A stretch of DNA of 64,000 bases from contig CAVRCF010000002.1 of the NCBI GenBank assembly GCA_963719505.1, positions 32,001 to 96,000 on the forward strand. Reading direction: 5' to 3'. The position numbers and the translations under genes are program-made. This DNA is from Halobacteriovoraceae bacterium. Its GTDB lineage: Bacteria; Bdellovibrionota; Bacteriovoracia; Bacteriovoracales; Bacteriovoracaceae. The notes below the pieces were generated by a model. That model did no database searches. It was not told the origin of the DNA and saw only the letters and a program-made list of their open reading frames with translations. Numbering within the stretch: the first letter of the stretch is position 1; every line of letters starts with the position of its first letter. Shown in pieces: positions 63,410 to 64,000 of the stretch.

Positions 63410-63748
63410 GTGGGGAAGTTGATAATTAATTTGATAAGTCTATCATTCTTAAGTTGTTCAACTACGCATTTCAAATCAAAAAATACTATAGTCGTTTCAA
63501 TGGACAAGAACGACGAACACACAAAAGACATTGAAGTAAAAGTCGATAAAGAATTTTTTCTTTGGGGATTATTTCCAAAGCATGAAGTTTTTATCGATAA
63601 AGAATTGGTTGACAGTGGAGCTGAGCAGGCTTCATCGGTGATGATCACTAATTCTCAAAATCTAAAGAATACTCTTTGGACAGTTTTTACTTTTGGTGTC
63701 TATTATCCGCAAACATTTACAATTAATGCTAGAACTAGTTCGCAATAA
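63410..63748 (+). CDS. Bor/Iss-family lipoprotein
   Basis: Likely GTG start at 63410 after AGGAAG; lipobox FLSC; FFLWGL and TFGVYYP.T motifs. Confidence 0.75.
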   Translation: MGKLIINLISLSFLSCSTTHFKSKNTIVVSMDKNDEHTKDIEVKVDKEFFLWGLFPKHEVFIDKELVDSGAEQASSVMITNSQNLKNTLWTVFTFGVYYPQTFTINARTSSQ

Positions 63749-63799
63749 TATAGATCTATATGTTAATCCAAGGAAGGATGAAAACTGCACGTTTTCAAC

Positions 63800-63817
63800 A
63801 GGGCCACGGAAGGCCCT
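63800..63817. terminator. Hairpin between convergent genes
   Basis: AGGGCC-ACGGAA-GGCCCT. Confidence 0.5.
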
Positions 63818-64000
63818 TTAATCATTAATAGAACTCAATAAATCATTAAAAAAATCAGACTTATATTCTTGTTCTTCTTCTTCACTCATATGATGGAAAC
63901 CAACTTTATCGATCTCTCTTAAGTGTTCATCACTAAGCTCAATAACAAATCTTGACTGGTGTCGCTTATAGTCTTTCCCATAAATTCTTCTCTCTTTAGC
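63818..64000 (-). CDS. 3' end of a Rep/UvrD-family helicase (partial)
   Basis: Minus-strand translation AKERRIYGKDYKRHQSRFVIEL...* resembles the R..YG.....SRF..E tail of SF1A helicases. Confidence 0.55.
   Translation of the reverse strand, partial: AKERRIYGKDYKRHQSRFVIELSDEHLREIDKVGFHHMSEEEEQEYKSDFFNDLLSSIND

Overview
AT-rich chromosomal window from a predatory Bdellovibrionota bacterium (family Bacteriovoracaceae; 16S signatures look Peredibacter-like). The left part (about 1-38 kb) is an accessory region dominated by secreted, often Cys-rich proteins: an IPT/TIG-GLUG surface protein, a signal-peptide-bearing amidoligase-fold protein, a papain-like protease operon, a tandem LysM-NlpC/P60 plus LysM-lytic transglycosylase pair sharing an unrecognised C-terminal 4-Cys domain, and two giant Gly-rich proteins sharing a C-terminal (L/I)FxxxSxRY motif. 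It also carries one apparently complete IS3 and one apparently complete IS481. Seven of these transcription units have sigma28/FliA-type promoters, suggesting an attack-phase regulon. The right part is core genome: slyD, YyaL, an SLT, cmk, heptose kinase, pheS-pheT, a tRNA-less 16S-23S-5S operon, an LTA-synthase-family gene, a leucine-catabolism (liu) cluster, a Bor-type lipoprotein and the 3' end of a Rep/UvrD helicase. Between the heptose kinase gene and pheS lies a roughly 400-nt, highly structured, independently terminated non-coding RNA with a degenerate c-di-GMP-I/cGAMP (GEMM)-like module, possibly a merRNA counterpart. Several genes carry single-base frameshifts that look like long-read consensus errors rather than true pseudogenes. 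All calls come from reading motifs by eye; no searches were run.
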